Positions 17,381-28,532 of a stretch of 64,000 nucleotides of DNA are shown here, piece after piece (position 1 is the stretch's first letter; the number at the start of each line of letters is the position of its first letter). The translations under genes were made by a program, and so were the position numbers. The notes below the pieces were generated by a model. The model worked only from the letters and a program-made list of their open reading frames with translations, had not been told where the DNA came from and made no database searches. The DNA is taken from positions 32,001 to 96,000 of the forward strand of contig JBGAON010000002.1 of NCBI GenBank assembly GCA_044221725.1, in the 5' to 3' direction. Origin of the DNA: Elusimicrobiota bacterium (GTDB lineage Bacteria; Elusimicrobiota; Elusimicrobia; F11).

Positions 17381-17707
17381 ATGGAAAGGAAACTAATCGG
17401 ATTCGCGATCCTCTTCGGCGCAGTAATGTATGCGATTCCTGTTCAAGCCTGTCCGTCGTCGGAATGTTTCGAGCAGGCAAGCAAGCCGAGTTGCTGCGAT
17501 GCCGTTCGCGATTCCAATTCCGCTACCATTCCCGGCCTACTGCCGGACACCTTATCCCTAAGAAATATCGCCCCTCCGGTTCAGGTCGATTTTATCAAGC
17601 CGCCACTAATCACTACTCGCGTGCGTCGCGACTTCGATTTACTTAATTCTTTTTTTTTGGAACGCCAGCACTATACGAGTAGGAGTCCGCCCACAACTCC
17701 TGCATGA
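17381..17707 (+). CDS. Secreted Cys-rich leader protein with C-terminal RSPP
   Basis: GGAG RBS, signal peptide, CPSSEC and CC, ends TSRSPPTTPA. Confidence 0.65.
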   Translation: MERKLIGFAILFGAVMYAIPVQACPSSECFEQASKPSCCDAVRDSNSATIPGLLPDTLSLRNIAPPVQVDFIKPPLITTRVRRDFDLLNSFFLERQHYTSRSPPTTPA

Positions 17708-17770
17708 GTACTGTGTCACTTGCAGAAAATGAAATGGATCGAAACCCACGACTTATAAAGGAGAATTGAT

Positions 17771-18028
17771 ATGAAAAAGTTTATGCTTGTCACTCTTGGG
17801 TCCGCAATGTTGATCGCGGCTCCCGTGTTTGCGGACACCATGACTCATAGTAACGGCATGTGCAAAAAGCACTGCAACCTCATGGACTTGGAGGAAAAGG
17901 TTAAGACGTTAAAGTCCCACGCCTCGACCGCGGATAAAATCGCCACAAAAGAGCATCTCCAAAAGGACATTGAGGCGTATGAAAAGAAGCTACAAGAGAT
18001 AAAGAAAGAGCTGGACGCAACGAAATAA
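17771..18028 (+). CDS. Small periplasmic helical protein, possible metal binder
   Basis: AAGGAG RBS, signal peptide, MTH..MCKKHC followed by a coiled-coil-like segment. Confidence 0.7.
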   Translation: MKKFMLVTLGSAMLIAAPVFADTMTHSNGMCKKHCNLMDLEEKVKTLKSHASTADKIATKEHLQKDIEAYEKKLQEIKKELDATK

Positions 18029-18040
18029 GAGTATTGACTA

Positions 18041-18078
18041 AGCCGGGCATTGGGGGGCATCCCTGGTGCCCGGTTTTT
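18041..18078 (+). terminator. Rho-independent terminator
   Basis: GCCGGGCATTGGGG / CCCTGGTGCCCGGT stem followed by a T-tract. Confidence 0.8.
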
Positions 18079-18107
18079 GTTGCCCTTCGTTCACGTTAGG
18101 TATGAAG

Positions 18108-18127
18108 CCGATTAATAATCCGATCAA
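18108..18127 (+). repeat. Copy of the 20-bp tandem motif at the island's right edge
   Basis: CCGATTAATAATCCGATCAA, 17/20 to 12675-12694. Confidence 0.6.
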
Positions 18128-18386
18128 TGTGGTTACCATTCAGTCGTTTTGAATAGCGGTACCTGTTCGGTTTTTAAACGACGAGCAGTGTGAGCTTTGT
18201 TTCAAAGTTCTCAAGCGGCTTGAAGCTGCCGGAATTTTGCGTCAAATTGTTTCCAAGAAAACATCGAAGTGCTTGATCAGTTGAGAGGGAAAGCACGCCA
18301 TGGTGTTCAAGGCGCCCGTTATCAAGAGACCGTTTCTGGAGACGAGATATTTCGGCAAAGCGGTGATATCTGTAATGTCCAGCGAA

Positions 18387-19280
18387 CTATTGACCACGAG
18401 CAGAAGCCCCACGATTCGACAAAGGAACGTGGGGTTTTTTTTGTCGTTGGGCGGTGACCTTTGTGAATTCAGCGCCGAAATAAAGGATTTGCGCGGAATA
18501 GTACAACCACAAAAGCAAAACGAGCACGGACCCTGCTGTTCCGTACGATGATCCGACAGTTCCTTTGCCAAGATAAATCCCGAGAACGGATTTCCCAATG
18601 GTGAACAGCACCGAAGTGAACACCGCGCCTTCCCATACATCGCTCCACCGCACGTGTGTGTTCGGCAGAAGCTTAAAGATCGCAGCAAACAAAAAAGTAA
18701 TCACGGTGAGCGACACGAGCATATTGATCGCTTGCAGAAGCCATTCGGGGAGAGGCAAAAGGTAGCCGAAATAGCGTCCCATTGTGGCGAGTAGGGTACT
18801 AATGACCAACGAAACCAAAAGTAAAAAGCCGATTCCGAGGACCATGCCGAAAGAAAGCAGTTTATCTTTGACCACGTTCATAAAACCCGAAACCTGCGGG
18901 GCGTTCCAAATTTTGTTCAGCGTGAATTGAAGGTCGTCCATAACGGCGGAAGCCCCGAGCAGCAATGTGCCAAAACCGATGATGGTTGCGAGCGTGCCCG
19001 ACGCCGGTTTTTTTGCCGCTTGCAGCATGCTTTGAATGTCGCGCGCAGTTTGGTCGCCCATAGTGGCACGGAGTTCGTTGAAAATGCGGTCTCTCGTTTC
19101 GCTCATGCCAAAAACGAGCCCGGCGATGGCGATCGTGAGCAGCAAGAGTGGCGCCAGCGAGAAAGCCGTGTAATAAGCCAGCGATGCGCCGAGGCGCGTG
19201 CCGCCGTCGTTTTTCCATTCATTGAATGTCTCTTTCAGCAAGGTGAAGATGTTCGAGGCATAGGAGCGCAAGGTCCGCAT
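18387..19280 (-). CDS. YihY/BrkB family membrane protein
   Basis: ASLAYYTAFSLAPLL, LNKIW, SSYGTAGS, WLYYSAQILYFGAE. Confidence 0.9.
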   Translation of the reverse strand: MRTLRSYASNIFTLLKETFNEWKNDGGTRLGASLAYYTAFSLAPLLLLTIAIAGLVFGMSETRDRIFNELRATMGDQTARDIQSMLQAAKKPASGTLATIIGFGTLLLGASAVMDDLQFTLNKIWNAPQVSGFMNVVKDKLLSFGMVLGIGFLLLVSLVISTLLATMGRYFGYLLPLPEWLLQAINMLVSLTVITFLFAAIFKLLPNTHVRWSDVWEGAVFTSVLFTIGKSVLGIYLGKGTVGSSYGTAGSVLVLLLWLYYSAQILYFGAEFTKVTAQRQKKPHVPLSNRGASARGQ

Positions 19281-19371
19281 ACGTCAGCTACGAACGAAAA
19301 TGAACAAAAGTTTCGTTCGTAAAATAATTGTTCGATGCCGACGTTCGACGATCAATCGAACGAGGTTCGCG

Positions 19372-21930
19372 TCACTCGTAGCCGTATTTTCGAATAAATC
19401 GCCTTTTTACTGCTTGTACGGTTACGAGATAGCCGATCACAATAAAGAATATGGCGACGAGCAAGGACGCCGGCGGAACAACAAATCCAAATGGTTTCGC
19501 AAGCGGAGTGAACGGCAACAGAAGTGCGATCGACACAATGATGAACGTGGTCAGCAAAAGAAATTTGCTTGGTGGGCTTTCGACAAACGGAATTTTGCTG
19601 TTTCGGATGACATGAATCACTGTGGTCTGTGTGAGCAACGACTCAAGGAACCAGCCGGTATGGAACAACGCCGGCGAGGCGCGAAATACCCAAATGAGCG
19701 TGCCAAACGTGAGGAAATCGAACGCCGAACTAATAGGGCCGAACACAATCATGAAATTTTTTATCGAAGAGACGTTCCAGCGTCGCGGCCGCGATAAATA
19801 CGTGGTTTCAACGTTGTCCGTGGGAATTCCAACCTGGGAAATATCGTAAAGGAAGTTGTTCAGCAAAATTTGGATGGGCAGCATCGGAAGGAAGGGCAAG
19901 AACAAACTCGCTCCCGTCATGCTGAACATGTTGCCGAAGTTCGAGCTCGCGCCCATGCGGATGTATTTGATGATGTTGCCGAACGTTTTTCGTCCTTCCA
20001 CGACGCCGTCTTCGAGCACCATCAAACTTTTCTTGAGCAAGATAATGTCGGCGGATTCTTTGGCGATGTCGACAGCATTATTGACCGAGATGCCAACGTC
20101 GGCTGCTTTCAGCGATGGTGCGTCGTTGATGCCATCGCCGAGATAGCCAACCACGTGGCCGTTTTTTCGTAGCAGATCGATAATCATTTCTTTTTGGAGC
20201 GGCGCGAGCCGCGCGAACACCGTGGTGGATTCAATGTGCTGTTTCAGTTCATCGACTGACATTTTTTCAACCATGTCACCGGTCAAAAGACCTTTGATGT
20301 TGAGCCCCACATCGCCGCAGATCTTTTTTGTGACGAGTTCGTTGTCGCCGGTCAATACTTTTACTTCGATGCCCCGCCGGTGCAGTACCTCGATTGCGCG
20401 ACGCGTTGAGTGTTTCGGCGGATCAAGAAACGCCAAGTATCCTTTGAGAATCAGATTGTTCTCGTCATCACGCGAATACGCGGATTGCGACGTTTCCATG
20501 TCTTTGTAGGCGACAGCGAGCACGCGAAAGCCGTCGGCGCTGAGTTTGTCGTATTCTTCTTTTAAGTCGGCGACGACGATGCTTTCGAGATCGAGCAGAT
20601 CGCCTTCCAGTTCGTAACGGTTGCAGCGTTTAAAAATTTCCTCGGGCGCGCCTTTCGTGATCATGCGGTGTTTGCCTTCGTAATCCACCACGACCGACAT
20701 CACACGCCGCGAAAAATCGAACGGGATTTCGTCCACCTTGGAATACTTCTTCACGACGAGTTTTTCGTGCTTGAGAATGGCGATGTCGAGCAAGTTGCGC
20801 AAGCCGGTTTGGTAAAAACTGTTCATGTAGGCGAGCATCAGCACGCCTTTGTCTTCGCGGCGCAAAATATCGCAATGGTGTTCCAAAACGATTTTGTCTT
20901 TTGTGAGCGTGCCGGTTTTGTCCGTGCACAAAATGTCCATCGCGCCAAAGTTCTGAATCGAGTTCAGTCGTTTTACGATGACTTGCTTCTTTGCCATTGC
21001 GATCGCGCCTTTCGAGAGATTCATAGCGACGAGCATCGGCAACATTTCCGGCGTGAGGCCGACGGCGACCGCCAACGAGAACAGAATCGCTTCGAGCGCG
21101 CTGGACTTGGACAGAAGGTTGATCACGAAAATCGAAACGGCCATGACGAGCATGAACCGAATCATAAGCCATGTGAATTTTTGAATGCCTTCATCGAAAC
21201 TTGTGGTGCTGCGTTGGCGCGCCAGTTTACGTGACACCTCTCCGAATTTCGTCGAGACGCCGGTGTTAAGAACAATCGCGAGCCCCGTGCCGCTCACAAC
21301 CGAGGACCCCATGAACGCCAGATTGCGCGCGTCGAGCGATGTCGCGCCTTCGGTGGGTGGAACCGCAAATTTTTCCTGAGGCATCGATTCGCCCGTGAGA
21401 GCCGATTGATTCACGAACACGTCTTTGCAGGATAAGAATCGGATATCGGCGGGCACGATGTCGCCGGCCGCGAGCTCAATAATATCGCCGGGCACGATTT
21501 CGCGGATTTTTATTTCCCTCTTTTTGTCGGAACGCAGCACCGTCGCCGTGGCGCGAACCATTTCGCTGAGCTTTTCGGCTTCTCGGTCCGCTCGAAATTC
21601 CTGAATGAACGAAAGCACCACGCTGGCCGCCGCCATGGCGGCAACAATCACGGCGCTGAGTTTTTCTCCGAAAAACATGGAGAATGCCGAGATGATGAGC
21701 AATACCAAAACGAGCGGATTCAGAATTTTCATGATGAGTTGCATGAGAGCCGTACGTTTCTTTTTGCGCGCAGGTTCGTTTAAGCCGAATGTTTGTCGAC
21801 GGCGCAGAGCTTCCGCGTCGGTGAGTCCTTTTTCGGACGATCGAAGCTCATGAAAAAGAATTTCGATTGTGCAATGGTGTGTGTCGCACTTCCATTGTTG
21901 CGAGGAGCCCGTTAAAAAGAATGTTTCCAT
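19372..21930 (-). CDS. mgtA: Magnesium-translocating P-type ATPase
   Basis: VGLTPEMLPM, IQNFGAMDILCTDKTGT, SSNFGNMFS, FHTGWFLES. Confidence 0.93.
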   Translation of the reverse strand: METFFLTGSSQQWKCDTHHCTIEILFHELRSSEKGLTDAEALRRRQTFGLNEPARKKKRTALMQLIMKILNPLVLVLLIISAFSMFFGEKLSAVIVAAMAAASVVLSFIQEFRADREAEKLSEMVRATATVLRSDKKREIKIREIVPGDIIELAAGDIVPADIRFLSCKDVFVNQSALTGESMPQEKFAVPPTEGATSLDARNLAFMGSSVVSGTGLAIVLNTGVSTKFGEVSRKLARQRSTTSFDEGIQKFTWLMIRFMLVMAVSIFVINLLSKSSALEAILFSLAVAVGLTPEMLPMLVAMNLSKGAIAMAKKQVIVKRLNSIQNFGAMDILCTDKTGTLTKDKIVLEHHCDILRREDKGVLMLAYMNSFYQTGLRNLLDIAILKHEKLVVKKYSKVDEIPFDFSRRVMSVVVDYEGKHRMITKGAPEEIFKRCNRYELEGDLLDLESIVVADLKEEYDKLSADGFRVLAVAYKDMETSQSAYSRDDENNLILKGYLAFLDPPKHSTRRAIEVLHRRGIEVKVLTGDNELVTKKICGDVGLNIKGLLTGDMVEKMSVDELKQHIESTTVFARLAPLQKEMIIDLLRKNGHVVGYLGDGINDAPSLKAADVGISVNNAVDIAKESADIILLKKSLMVLEDGVVEGRKTFGNIIKYIRMGASSNFGNMFSMTGASLFLPFLPMLPIQILLNNFLYDISQVGIPTDNVETTYLSRPRRWNVSSIKNFMIVFGPISSAFDFLTFGTLIWVFRASPALFHTGWFLESLLTQTTVIHVIRNSKIPFVESPPSKFLLLTTFIIVSIALLLPFTPLAKPFGFVVPPASLLVAIFFIVIGYLVTVQAVKRRFIRKYGYE

Positions 21931-22064
21931 AGGGGATTTATATTTCTTTTCGAGACAAAAAACCGATAAACATTTATAATTCTCGGCCCTTCTGCACCGG
22001 AAAAATCGGCTTTGCAGGGCAAGCCTCCGCCTAACAATTTATCTTCAATGGGGAAAATAAATTC

Positions 22065-24479
22065 ATGACACTCTTCGAACCTCTTTTCAGTGAGCAGTAC
22101 GCGCTGTACGAAAAAGTAGCTCTTGTCGCTAACGTTGTGGTCGCTCTCGCTGGTTTGGTGTATGCCCTGCTTCTTATGGGACAAGTAAAGAAAGCCGATC
22201 AAGGCACGCCGCGCATGCAAGAGATTGCTCAGGCCGTGCGCGAAGGGGCCAACGCTTACTTGTATCGTCAGTTCCGCGTCGTCGGCATTTTGATTGTTTT
22301 TATTACTGTTTTTCTTTACATGGCCGCGCGCATTTCGCACGTCGATTTGTCCATCGCTTGGGGACGCGCGCTCTCGTTCTTGGTCGGTTCGATTTTCTCA
22401 GCGCTTGTGGGTTTTGTTGGAATGCGGCTCGCCACAATCGGCAACTTGCGCGTAGCGGCGGCGGCGCCGAAAGGTTTCGGTGGGGCGCTTCAGCTGGGGT
22501 ACCGCACGGGCACGATTACCGGCATGCTCACCGATGGACTGGGCCTTCTCGGTGGATCGATCATCTTCCTTATATATGGTGAACATGCGTATGAGGCTTT
22601 GATTGGATTCGGATTTGGCGGCACGTTGCTCGCGCTTTTCATGCGCGTCGGTGGCGGAATTTACACGAAGGCGGCCGATGTGGGCGCTGATCTTGTCGGG
22701 AAATTGGAAAAGGGAATTCCCGAAGACGATCCACGAAACGCGGCGACCATTGCCGATAACGTTGGCGACAACGTCGGTGATTGCGCCGGAATGGCTGCGG
22801 ATATCTTTGAAAGCTACGAAGTGACGATTGTGGCAGCGATGATTCTCGGTTTGGCCAGCTTCGGCCACAAAGGGGTTATTTTTCCGTTGCTCGTGCGAGC
22901 GATCGGTGTGATCGCGAGTATTATTTCAACCTACAGCGTGCGGGCGGGGGAGAAGGGCAGTGTTGGTGAAGCCATGAGCAGTGTGAATCGGGGCTTCGTG
23001 ATCGGGTCGGTGCTTAGTATTGTCGGGTTTGTTGTTCTCGGATTTTTCTACCTTCGTTTCGATAGCATTTACATGACGATGTATCCGCAGGCGCTGGCGG
23101 GGTTTCCGGGCGGTGTTGATAGCTTGCCGTTTTGGGCGAATCTCGGTTTTCCGGGTCTTGATATGCGTCCCGCCTGGACCTGCTTGATCGGAATTATTTT
23201 GGCGGTAGCCCTCAACAAATGCACCGAGTATTACACGGGCACCGAATACGCCCCAGTGAAGTCGCTCGTGAAATCGTGCGAAACCGGCCACGCGACAAAC
23301 ATTATTCAGGGTTTGGCTGTCGGCTACGAGAGTTCGGTTGCCGCCGTGATTGTCATTTCGGGCGCGATCTTGACGAGTGTTCTTGTGTACGGTGGAACGA
23401 ATCCAACCTTTATCGCGTACGGCGTTGCGATGTGCGGCATCGGAATGCTGACGTTGACCGGTAACACAATTTCCATGGATGTTTTTGGTCCGGTCGCGGA
23501 CAACGCGAACGGCATCGGCGAAATGGGTTACGATAAAAAAGAAATGGGCGAAGCGAAGTACAAAGAAGCGCGGCAAATTCTGGCGGACTTGGACGCGGTT
23601 GGTAATACCACAAAGGCAATTACAAAAGGTATCGCGATTGGTTCCGCGGTGATCGCGGCCGTGTCGTTGTTTAACAGTTTTATTGTTTCGGTGGGATCCG
23701 GTGGGCAGGGCGAAACGGCAAAAATTTCCGGCGATGTGTTCAATGGAGTGGCGTCTCATCTCACGTTGTCCGATCCAACGTTGTTTATCGGTCTTCTGAT
23801 TGGTGGTTCCATTCCATTTCTGTTTAGCTCGATGACAATTCGCGCGGTGGGCCGCGCCGCCTTCCTCATTGTGCACGAATGCCGCATTCAATTTCGTGAC
23901 AAAGAGATCTGGGCCGGCACAAAGAAGCCGGATTACGGTCGCGTGGTGGACATTTGTACAACCGAAGCGCAGAAAGAATTGGTGGGTCCCGGCTTGTTGG
24001 CACTTTTGGTTCCGGCGATGATTGGCTTTACGCTTGGCACGATCGCCTTGGCGGGTTTCCTCGCGGGAATGATTGTGTCGGGACAATTGATCGCTGTGTT
24101 CATGGCCAATTCGGGTGGTGCCTGGGACAACGCAAAGAAGATGGTGGAAGACGAACCCGCAAACGCGGAAGCAAATACCGGCAAAGGCAGCGAGAAACAC
24201 AAAGCGGCGATTACCGGTGATACCGTGGGGGATCCCTTAAAAGACACGGCCGGGCCTGCTGTAAACCCGCTCATCAAAGTGATGAACATGGTGAGTTTGC
24301 TCATCATCGGCCTCATCTTGCCTTACGACCACAAGTTCGTGGAACAACTGAAAGCCTACAACGTCGATGTGCCGACGAAAGAGCACGGTGTGTTCTTCTT
24401 CTTTATTATTTTTGTGTGCGCGGCCGGCTTAGCCTGGGCCGTTTGGCAATCCAAGCGCGAACAAAAACACAATCACTAA
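22065..24479 (+). CDS. hppA: Membrane-bound cation-pumping pyrophosphatase
   Basis: DVGADLVGKLE, DNVGDNVGD, GNTTKAITKG, GDTVGDPLKD. Confidence 0.93.
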   Translation: MTLFEPLFSEQYALYEKVALVANVVVALAGLVYALLLMGQVKKADQGTPRMQEIAQAVREGANAYLYRQFRVVGILIVFITVFLYMAARISHVDLSIAWGRALSFLVGSIFSALVGFVGMRLATIGNLRVAAAAPKGFGGALQLGYRTGTITGMLTDGLGLLGGSIIFLIYGEHAYEALIGFGFGGTLLALFMRVGGGIYTKAADVGADLVGKLEKGIPEDDPRNAATIADNVGDNVGDCAGMAADIFESYEVTIVAAMILGLASFGHKGVIFPLLVRAIGVIASIISTYSVRAGEKGSVGEAMSSVNRGFVIGSVLSIVGFVVLGFFYLRFDSIYMTMYPQALAGFPGGVDSLPFWANLGFPGLDMRPAWTCLIGIILAVALNKCTEYYTGTEYAPVKSLVKSCETGHATNIIQGLAVGYESSVAAVIVISGAILTSVLVYGGTNPTFIAYGVAMCGIGMLTLTGNTISMDVFGPVADNANGIGEMGYDKKEMGEAKYKEARQILADLDAVGNTTKAITKGIAIGSAVIAAVSLFNSFIVSVGSGGQGETAKISGDVFNGVASHLTLSDPTLFIGLLIGGSIPFLFSSMTIRAVGRAAFLIVHECRIQFRDKEIWAGTKKPDYGRVVDICTTEAQKELVGPGLLALLVPAMIGFTLGTIALAGFLAGMIVSGQLIAVFMANSGGAWDNAKKMVEDEPANAEANTGKGSEKHKAAITGDTVGDPLKDTAGPAVNPLIKVMNMVSLLIIGLILPYDHKFVEQLKAYNVDVPTKEHGVFFFFIIFVCAAGLAWAVWQSKREQKHNH

Positions 24480-24485
24480 TTGCCG

Positions 24486-26279
24486 TCATCCTGGTACGTT
24501 GTTGGATTTCATGCCGACGATGCACCTTTTTGACAGTGCCAGGATAATTGTGATCGCACAGATCATCAGTATCACTGTGAAAAATGCGTTTAAGTATCCG
24601 ACAAAGGCTTTGCCGGGTTGTTGGGCGAGCGGTAAGAAGTTTGTGAAAATATTTTGCCAGGCTGCCGATAGCGTTGTGATCGCGACAAAAATCATCGGTA
24701 CGAACGTCACCCACGCGTATTGCCGCTTGCCGAGATTTATGATCACCATTGTTCCAACGCATAGCGCAATGACCGCCAACAGTTGATTGGCAACGCCAAA
24801 CATGGGCCAAATGGTGGAAATACTTCCCGTTAGAATAAAATACGACCACGCTCCCACCACTGCTGCACTCGAGATGATCGCGCCCGGCAGCCAGTCGGTC
24901 CGCTCAAACGGTTTGTAAATCTTCCCGAGAAACTCCTGCGCAATGAACCGGGCGACGCGCGTGCCGGTGTCGATCGTTGTGAGAATAAACAGCGCTTCGA
25001 ACATGATCGCGAAGTGATACCAATAGGACATTAAATTCTTCATGCCCGGAAGCGCCGAGAATACTTGCGCCATTCCAACCGCAAGAGAAACGGCGCCTCC
25101 TGTTCGGCCGGCGACTTGTTCGCCCACTTCGGCGGCCAGCATCGAAAGATTTACGGGTTCCATTCCGAGCGCTGCAAATTTTGCCGCGGGCACATTGATG
25201 GCAAAATAATCCGATGGATGAAGCGCCGACGCCGCGATGAGTGCCGTGATGCCGACCAATCCTTCCATGAGCATCGCGCCGTAGGCAATCGGGCGAATGT
25301 CCATTTCATTGTTGATCATCTTTGGCGTTGTGCCCGATGACACGAGAGCATGGAAACCGGAAATGGCGCCGCACGCGATCGTGATGAACACGAACGGGAA
25401 AAGTTTTCCGGGAATAATCGGACCGCCGCCCGCCACAAACGAACTAAACATGGGTTGGTGCAGCGGCGGGTTTACCCAGAGGAGACCCAAAATCAAAAAT
25501 GCGATCGTTCCGATTTTCATGTACGAGCTTAAGTAATCGCGCGGACACAACAGCATCCAAACCGGAAGAATGGACGCAACAAAACCGTAGGCGGCGATGG
25601 CGAGTGTGACGCCGGTGGGCGTCAGCTTCAGATAAGGTTCCAAAAACGATCCTTGCACGTGTTTGCCGAACACAACCGCAAGAAGCATGCCGATCACGCC
25701 AATGATCGTTGCCTCCGCAATTTTTCCAACTCGAAACCGGTACATATAGAGCCCCATGAAAAACGCGAGCGGAATTGAACAGGCGATCGTGAAAACGCCC
25801 CACGAGCTTTCGTTTAGAGCGTTCACCACCGCCACGCCGAGACCCGCGAGCGCCACAACGATAATGAACAGGACGGCGATGGCGGTCGTAATTCCGGCCA
25901 CCGGTCCCAATTCTTGGCGAGCGATTTCGGCGAGCGATTTGCCGTTGCGCCTTGTGGAAGCGGTTAAAATAATGAAATCCTGTACGGCGCCGGCGAGCAC
26001 GACGCCAATCAAAATCCATAGAAATCCGGGAAGAAAACCAAATTGGGCCGCGAGGACCGGTCCGATCAATGGGCCCGCACCGGTAATTGCTGCGAAATGA
26101 TGACCAAAAAGAACCCATTTGTTGGTTGGATGATAATTTTCGCCGTCGTTCAGTGCGTGAGCCGGTGTGACGCGCGTGGGGTCCAGTGCAACGACCTTCG
26201 AAGCGAGGAACGCGCTGTAATAGCGGTACGCAATCGCTAACACGCACAACGTTCCAATCATTAAAGGGAGGGCATTCAT
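24486..26279 (-). CDS. cstA: Carbon starvation protein A
   Basis: [38 protein letters not shown]. Confidence 0.95.
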   Translation of the reverse strand: MNALPLMIGTLCVLAIAYRYYSAFLASKVVALDPTRVTPAHALNDGENYHPTNKWVLFGHHFAAITGAGPLIGPVLAAQFGFLPGFLWILIGVVLAGAVQDFIILTASTRRNGKSLAEIARQELGPVAGITTAIAVLFIIVVALAGLGVAVVNALNESSWGVFTIACSIPLAFFMGLYMYRFRVGKIAEATIIGVIGMLLAVVFGKHVQGSFLEPYLKLTPTGVTLAIAAYGFVASILPVWMLLCPRDYLSSYMKIGTIAFLILGLLWVNPPLHQPMFSSFVAGGGPIIPGKLFPFVFITIACGAISGFHALVSSGTTPKMINNEMDIRPIAYGAMLMEGLVGITALIAASALHPSDYFAINVPAAKFAALGMEPVNLSMLAAEVGEQVAGRTGGAVSLAVGMAQVFSALPGMKNLMSYWYHFAIMFEALFILTTIDTGTRVARFIAQEFLGKIYKPFERTDWLPGAIISSAAVVGAWSYFILTGSISTIWPMFGVANQLLAVIALCVGTMVIINLGKRQYAWVTFVPMIFVAITTLSAAWQNIFTNFLPLAQQPGKAFVGYLNAFFTVILMICAITIILALSKRCIVGMKSNNVPG

Positions 26280-26391
26280 TGGCCGCGGATTCTAGCAGGG
26301 AATTCAAAATCTGTCTCATCCCTCGGAACTTCAAAAGCTATTCGGTCGTTTTGAGCTATAATTCCAGCATTCATAATAAGGAGATACGCTC

Positions 26392-27054
26392 ATGGAAACG
26401 ACTGTCGCAAACAAGGCCATACAACTCGGTGATGTTGCCCCCGACTTCGAGCAGGATTCAACGGAAGGGAAAATTAAATTTCACGAGTGGGCCGGCAACA
26501 ATTGGGTGATTCTGTTCTCTCATCCAAAGGACTACACTCCGGTATGCACCACCGAGCTTGGTGCGGTGGCGAAACTAAAATCCGAATTTGACAAGCGCGG
26601 CGTCAAAGCCATTGGCCTTAGCGTTGATCCATTGGTCGATCACAAGGGGTGGACCAAAGACATTGAAGAAACGCAGAATTGCAAAATGAATTTTCCGCTG
26701 CTTGCCGATGGCGATCGGAAAGTGTCGAGCTTGTACGGAATGATTCATCCGAACGCGAACGAGACGTTCACCGTACGATCGGTATACATCATCGATCCAA
26801 ACAAGAAGGTTCGCCTCATGATTACTTATCCGGCCAGCACCGGAAGAAACTTTAATGAGATTCTCAGAGTGATTGATTCGCTTCAACTGACCGACAAACA
26901 CAAGGTGGCAACGCCCGCCAACTGGAAGGAAGGCGAAGATGTCATTATTTCGCCGGCCGTCAAAGAGGAAGCCGAAATCAATAAGCTTTTCCCAAACGGA
27001 TACAAAGCCGTTAAGCCGTATCTGCGCTTCACTCCGCAACCGAACAAGAATTGA
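26392..27054 (+). CDS. 1-Cys peroxiredoxin (Prx6)
   Basis: FSHPKDYTPVCTTELG, YPASTGRNF. Confidence 0.93.
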   Translation: METTVANKAIQLGDVAPDFEQDSTEGKIKFHEWAGNNWVILFSHPKDYTPVCTTELGAVAKLKSEFDKRGVKAIGLSVDPLVDHKGWTKDIEETQNCKMNFPLLADGDRKVSSLYGMIHPNANETFTVRSVYIIDPNKKVRLMITYPASTGRNFNEILRVIDSLQLTDKHKVATPANWKEGEDVIISPAVKEEAEINKLFPNGYKAVKPYLRFTPQPNKN

Positions 27055-28532
27055 CGCGCTCAAGCGGCGTTCTTCTCCATCTGTCCTCTTTGCCGGGTTC
27101 GCACGGGGTTGGCGATCTCGGCAGAGAGGCTTTTCGTTTTATTCGTTTCCTCGAAGAAGCTGGACAGACCTGGTGGCAAATGTTTCCGCTGGGCCCGCCC
27201 GGAATGAGCAATTCTCCGTACCAAGTCCTATCGGCGTTTGCCGGCAATCCACTGTTCATTGATCTCGAAAGTTTGGCCCGCGATGGATTGCTTCCCGCCT
27301 CGGACATGCCCAGAAAAGGCCATTTTGCAAACGACCGCACCGATTACGACCAAGCGTGGCGTTACAAAAAGAAAATTCTTCGAAAGGCATTTTGGGTTTT
27401 CGAAAACCAACGCGGGTCGTTTTACTCCGCGTTTCGAAGTTTTTGCTACGAACAGCGCGATTGGCTCGATGATTATGCTCTCTATTGCGCCATTAAACAA
27501 AAGCACCGCGGCGCCGCATGGTACAAGTGGGACGCTCCGCTCCGAAATCGACAACCGAAAGCGTTGCGCGAAGCAGCGGCACAGTTGGCGATTGCCGTGC
27601 GGTATCATCAGTTTTTGCAGTTTTTGTTTTCACGACAGTGGCACCGACTGCGCAAAGAATGTCACCGCCGCGGCGTAAAGCTTTTGGGGGATATTCCGAT
27701 TTTTGTGGCGCATGACAGCGCCGACGTCTGGGCGAATCCGGAGCTTTTCTGGCTCGATAAGAAAGGAAATCTCACCTGCGTTTCTGGTGTGCCTCCGGAT
27801 TATTTCAGTCGCACCGGCCAGCGGTGGGGGAACCCGCTTTACCGATGGGATGCACTGAAAAAATCTGGATACGATTGGTGGATCCGCCGTTTTCGGCAAG
27901 TCTTTAACTTCTTTGATGCGACACGGCTCGATCATTTCATCGGCTTTCATAACTACTGGTGCATTCCGGCATCGGCGCGCACCGCGCAAAACGGAGAATG
28001 GGTTCGCGCTCCAGGCGAGGATTTTTTCGCCAAAGTAGAGCGCGCGCTGGGACGGGTGGCCATTTTCGCCGAAGACTTGGGTGTCGTTACGCCCGGCGTG
28101 AGCGCGTTGCGCGAAAAATTCCGTTTTCCAGGAATGAAAGTGTTGCACTTTGCGTTTTCGTCCGATGCGTCGAATCCTTTCTTGCCCCACAATTTCGGCC
28201 GCAATTCGGTTGTCTACACTGGCACGCACGACAACGACACAACACGCGGCTGGTTTAAATTGTTAACGGCACCCGAACGGCAGCGCGTGCTCGATTACGT
28301 CGAATCAAACGGACGGGAGATTCACTGGGATTTGATTCGGCTTGCGTTTGGCTCGGTCGCCGAGACCGCGATTATTCCGCTTCAGGATTTGTTCGGGCTC
28401 GGATCCGCGGCGCGGATGAACACCCCTGGTACGACCACCGGCAATTGGGAGTGGCGGCTCGATCACAGAAAATTAAACGACCGGTTGGCCACGCGGCTGC
28501 GAAAGCTAACGGAGACGTATGGACGTTCGTAA
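27051..28532 (+). CDS. malQ: 4-alpha-glucanotransferase (GH77)
   Basis: SGVLLH, GVPPDYFS, RLDHF, AEDLG, YTGTHDNDT. Confidence 0.95.
   Translation: MTRSSGVLLHLSSLPGSHGVGDLGREAFRFIRFLEEAGQTWWQMFPLGPPGMSNSPYQVLSAFAGNPLFIDLESLARDGLLPASDMPRKGHFANDRTDYDQAWRYKKKILRKAFWVFENQRGSFYSAFRSFCYEQRDWLDDYALYCAIKQKHRGAAWYKWDAPLRNRQPKALREAAAQLAIAVRYHQFLQFLFSRQWHRLRKECHRRGVKLLGDIPIFVAHDSADVWANPELFWLDKKGNLTCVSGVPPDYFSRTGQRWGNPLYRWDALKKSGYDWWIRRFRQVFNFFDATRLDHFIGFHNYWCIPASARTAQNGEWVRAPGEDFFAKVERALGRVAIFAEDLGVVTPGVSALREKFRFPGMKVLHFAFSSDASNPFLPHNFGRNSVVYTGTHDNDTTRGWFKLLTAPERQRVLDYVESNGREIHWDLIRLAFGSVAETAIIPLQDLFGLGSAARMNTPGTTTGNWEWRLDHRKLNDRLATRLRKLTETYGRS

Noticed and set aside
18128..18260. tRNA-derived att copy after the 18108 motif
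   Set aside because: No match to the tRNA 5' half at the expected 78-bp offset and no T-arm match seen.
22926..24200. 424-aa antisense ORF
   Set aside because: Lies entirely opposite hppA with no recognisable motifs; a shadow frame.
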